DNA of 38,460 bases, taken from Octopus bimaculoides. Taxonomy: Eukaryota. The DNA lies in assembly GCF_001194135.2 (NCBI RefSeq), contig NC_069007.1, positions 1,475,243 to 1,513,702 of the forward strand. The letters run 5' to 3'. Under the pieces are notes generated by a model. It saw only the letters and a list, made by a program, of their open reading frames with translations, made no database searches and was not told the DNA's origin. Shown here one piece after another: positions 36,406 through 38,460 of this stretch (position 1 is the first letter of the stretch; each line of letters begins with the position of its first letter). A program made the translations under genes and the position numbers.

Positions 36406-37703
36406 TCAGTGGTTCGGCGGTTCTTCTTTTTCTTTCTCCTTTTCTTGGGGTCTTCCCGTATTTGGACGTAGGCCCTCGTAAACGTATGGAGAAAAATCCC
36501 TCCTGAGGGGGCCTACGTCATGAAAGAATTCGGACTTAAACCGTCCGTAATCCTTCCGGCCTATCTTGTAAATGAGAAAGTCTTTTGACGTAGTTTTCTC
36601 TACTCGTTTGGCAGACGCAATAGCTGCCAAACNNNNNNNNNNNNNNNNNNNNNNNNNNNNNNNNNNNNNNNNNNNNNNNNNNNNNNNNNNNNNNNNNNNN
36701 NNNNNNNNNNNNNNNNNNNNNNNNNNNNNNNNNNNNNNNNNNNNNNNNNNNNNNNNNNNNNNNNNNNNNNNNNNNNNNNNNNNNNNNNNNNNNNNNNNNN
36801 NNNNNNNNNNNNNNNNNNNNNNNNNNNNNNNNNNNNNNNNNNNNNNNNNNNNNNNNNNNNNNNNNNNNNNNNNNNNNNNNNNNNNNNNNNNNNNNNNNNN
36901 NNNNNNNNNNNNNNNNNNNNNNNNNNNNNNNNNNNNNNNNNCTTTAGCCCGCAGTTGAAGCACCTCGGCTTCCTTCCCTCGACAGAAACTATTAATTTTT
37001 CCCTTCCACCTAAATTAATAGTTTCGCCGATTTCTTCTAGGGTTGCTGCTTCTGCTTGTATTGTCATGGTCAGGCATTGACCCTTCCAATGCTCTTCTTT
37101 TTCCACTGAGGCCTGGAGTATTGATATTTTTTCCAACAGGCCCTTTGTGATTCCAGCAACCAAACGCGCTGCATCCACTTCCCGTGGGATATTATTTACA
37201 GTAATTTTTGTTGTTCTTCTTCCCATATATAAGGGAAGAAGAACCACCTCCTCTGTTCTTAGAGTCTCCGAAGAGTATCTTTTTGCTGCCTCTTCCGACC
37301 TGAACCTTACCTCTAATGTCCCGAATCTCCTCGCTCGGTTTATATAAGAAATCTCAGGCCATATTTTCTTCAGACATTCCTCGATTGTTTTTTCTTCCAT
37401 TTTTACAATCCTTTTTTTTTTCCTATGCAGTACGTTTTGTATATTATTCTGTTTTTTTTCCACTGATTCAGTGTCCTCTTCTGGGGTGAAGACCCGAATC
37501 TCCGACCCCTCCTTTGTTATTGATGTCATATATTTTTCTCGGTTACTGCTATCCGTGTTTATCATAAATTTCTTTCTACCTGCCACTTCCGCAAACTTTT
37601 TCGGTGATACCACCGTTGAGACTGCCGGTGAGATTTCGTCACCGAAAATACTTGTGAACGCCTCACCCACAGGTGGGAATTCACTTGGTGAAAGGTTTTC
37701 CAT
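36406..37703 (-). CDS. LINE ORF1 (gag-like nucleic-acid-binding protein: RRM-like region plus CCHC zinc knuckle), interrupted by assembly gap
   Basis: Open from ATG 37703 to KPRCFNCGLK at the gap (36942), and open again after the gap to a stop at 36406, 13 nt before the ORF2 ATG. The frame change across the gap is attributable to the estimated N length. Confidence 0.78.
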
Positions 37704-37913
37704 TCTTCAAAGTTGGCTTACAAGCCGCAATAAAGATAGCAATGGTTCCCCCGTAGGGGGGAATTTCAACGAGTTGCTTTTCAAAAAGCAAATAACAGTT
37801 TTTTGTTTTTTTTCAGCAATAAGCACAATTCACGAAAGCAGTTTACAGGTTTTGAAAGTCAAAACTTACTAATAGCAGGGAAATAAGAAAAACACGTCCA
37901 ACATCAACGCAAT

Positions 37914-37943
37914 CCAGTTAAGTATATCCAAGAGTGAACAACA
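37914..37943 (+). repeat. 30-bp direct repeat at the LINE 5' end
   Basis: See 35016-35045. Confidence 0.9.
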
Positions 37944-38429
37944 GGTATCAGCAGGTAAAACATGTAAAATTTAATTCCACTGACCATGTCCAAAAAGTTC
38001 ACACCACATGGGTCAAAATACAATTACAGCACCCAGCAGGTATCAATCAGTAAAAGCAATTTCACAATATGAGCCAGCCTTAGACAAAACCCATGCAAAT
38101 AATGGAAAGTTCTTAAAGAAAAAGTGCTATTTTAGAATAGTCAAACAAGCTGGAGAATCAAAACCAATCTACGATGTTTCAAATCGCCCTAACGCAAACT
38201 ATTACACTTAAGTTATTTTTCTTACGTTATATCTTCTTATTCCTTATGTTTCACGGATTATGTTGTATATCTTATATATGCTCATTGATGGGGTGTGATA
38301 TGTTCAGTCGTTAACCCAGCTTTTTTATTCTATAACTAATATTTTACTCTTGTCTCAATTATTCTGAACACTTCTCCTTGCAGCCCTATATAAAATCTAT
38401 TGGTTTCCTAATAAGAAACCATTAATATT

Positions 38430-38460
<31 letters not shown>

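Larger units (their letters stand above)
35046..37913 (-). mobile_element. Tx1/L1-clade non-LTR retrotransposon, 5'-complete, with internally deleted ORF2
   Basis: ~210-bp 5' UTR, ORF1 with zinc knuckle, ORF2 remnants, ~240-bp 3' UTR ending AATAAAAAAATG, all bounded by a 30-bp direct repeat. Contains two N gaps. Confidence 0.88.

Overview
AT-rich eukaryotic DNA, intergenic or intronic, with seven N-gaps and very dense microsatellites. No host protein-coding gene, rRNA, true tRNA gene or CRISPR array could be supported. Most listed ORFs are translated microsatellites (YIYI/CVCV/HTHT). The repeat complement resembles an octopus/cephalopod genome; this is an inference from recalled SINE families and was not checked against a database. 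Recognisable content is almost all transposable element. It includes three tRNA-headed SINE families (labelled A, B, C here for convenience), R4/Dong-like LINE fragments (one sitting inside an (AAT)n tract), Penelope-like fragments, a mariner 5' fragment and a possible Helentron-type non-autonomous element. There is also a ~2.9 kb Tx1/L1-type LINE with an open ORF1 but an ORF2 lacking almost all of the endonuclease and the whole RT. The best leads are: (1) the 3' tail of SINE family B matches the 3' end of the Tx1-type LINE, suggesting a SINE-LINE partner pair; (2) a minimal type I hammerhead ribozyme fold at 19153-19197 (-); (3) the ORF1-retaining, RT-less LINE bounded by a 30-bp direct repeat. 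All protein and family assignments come from manual translation and motif recognition.
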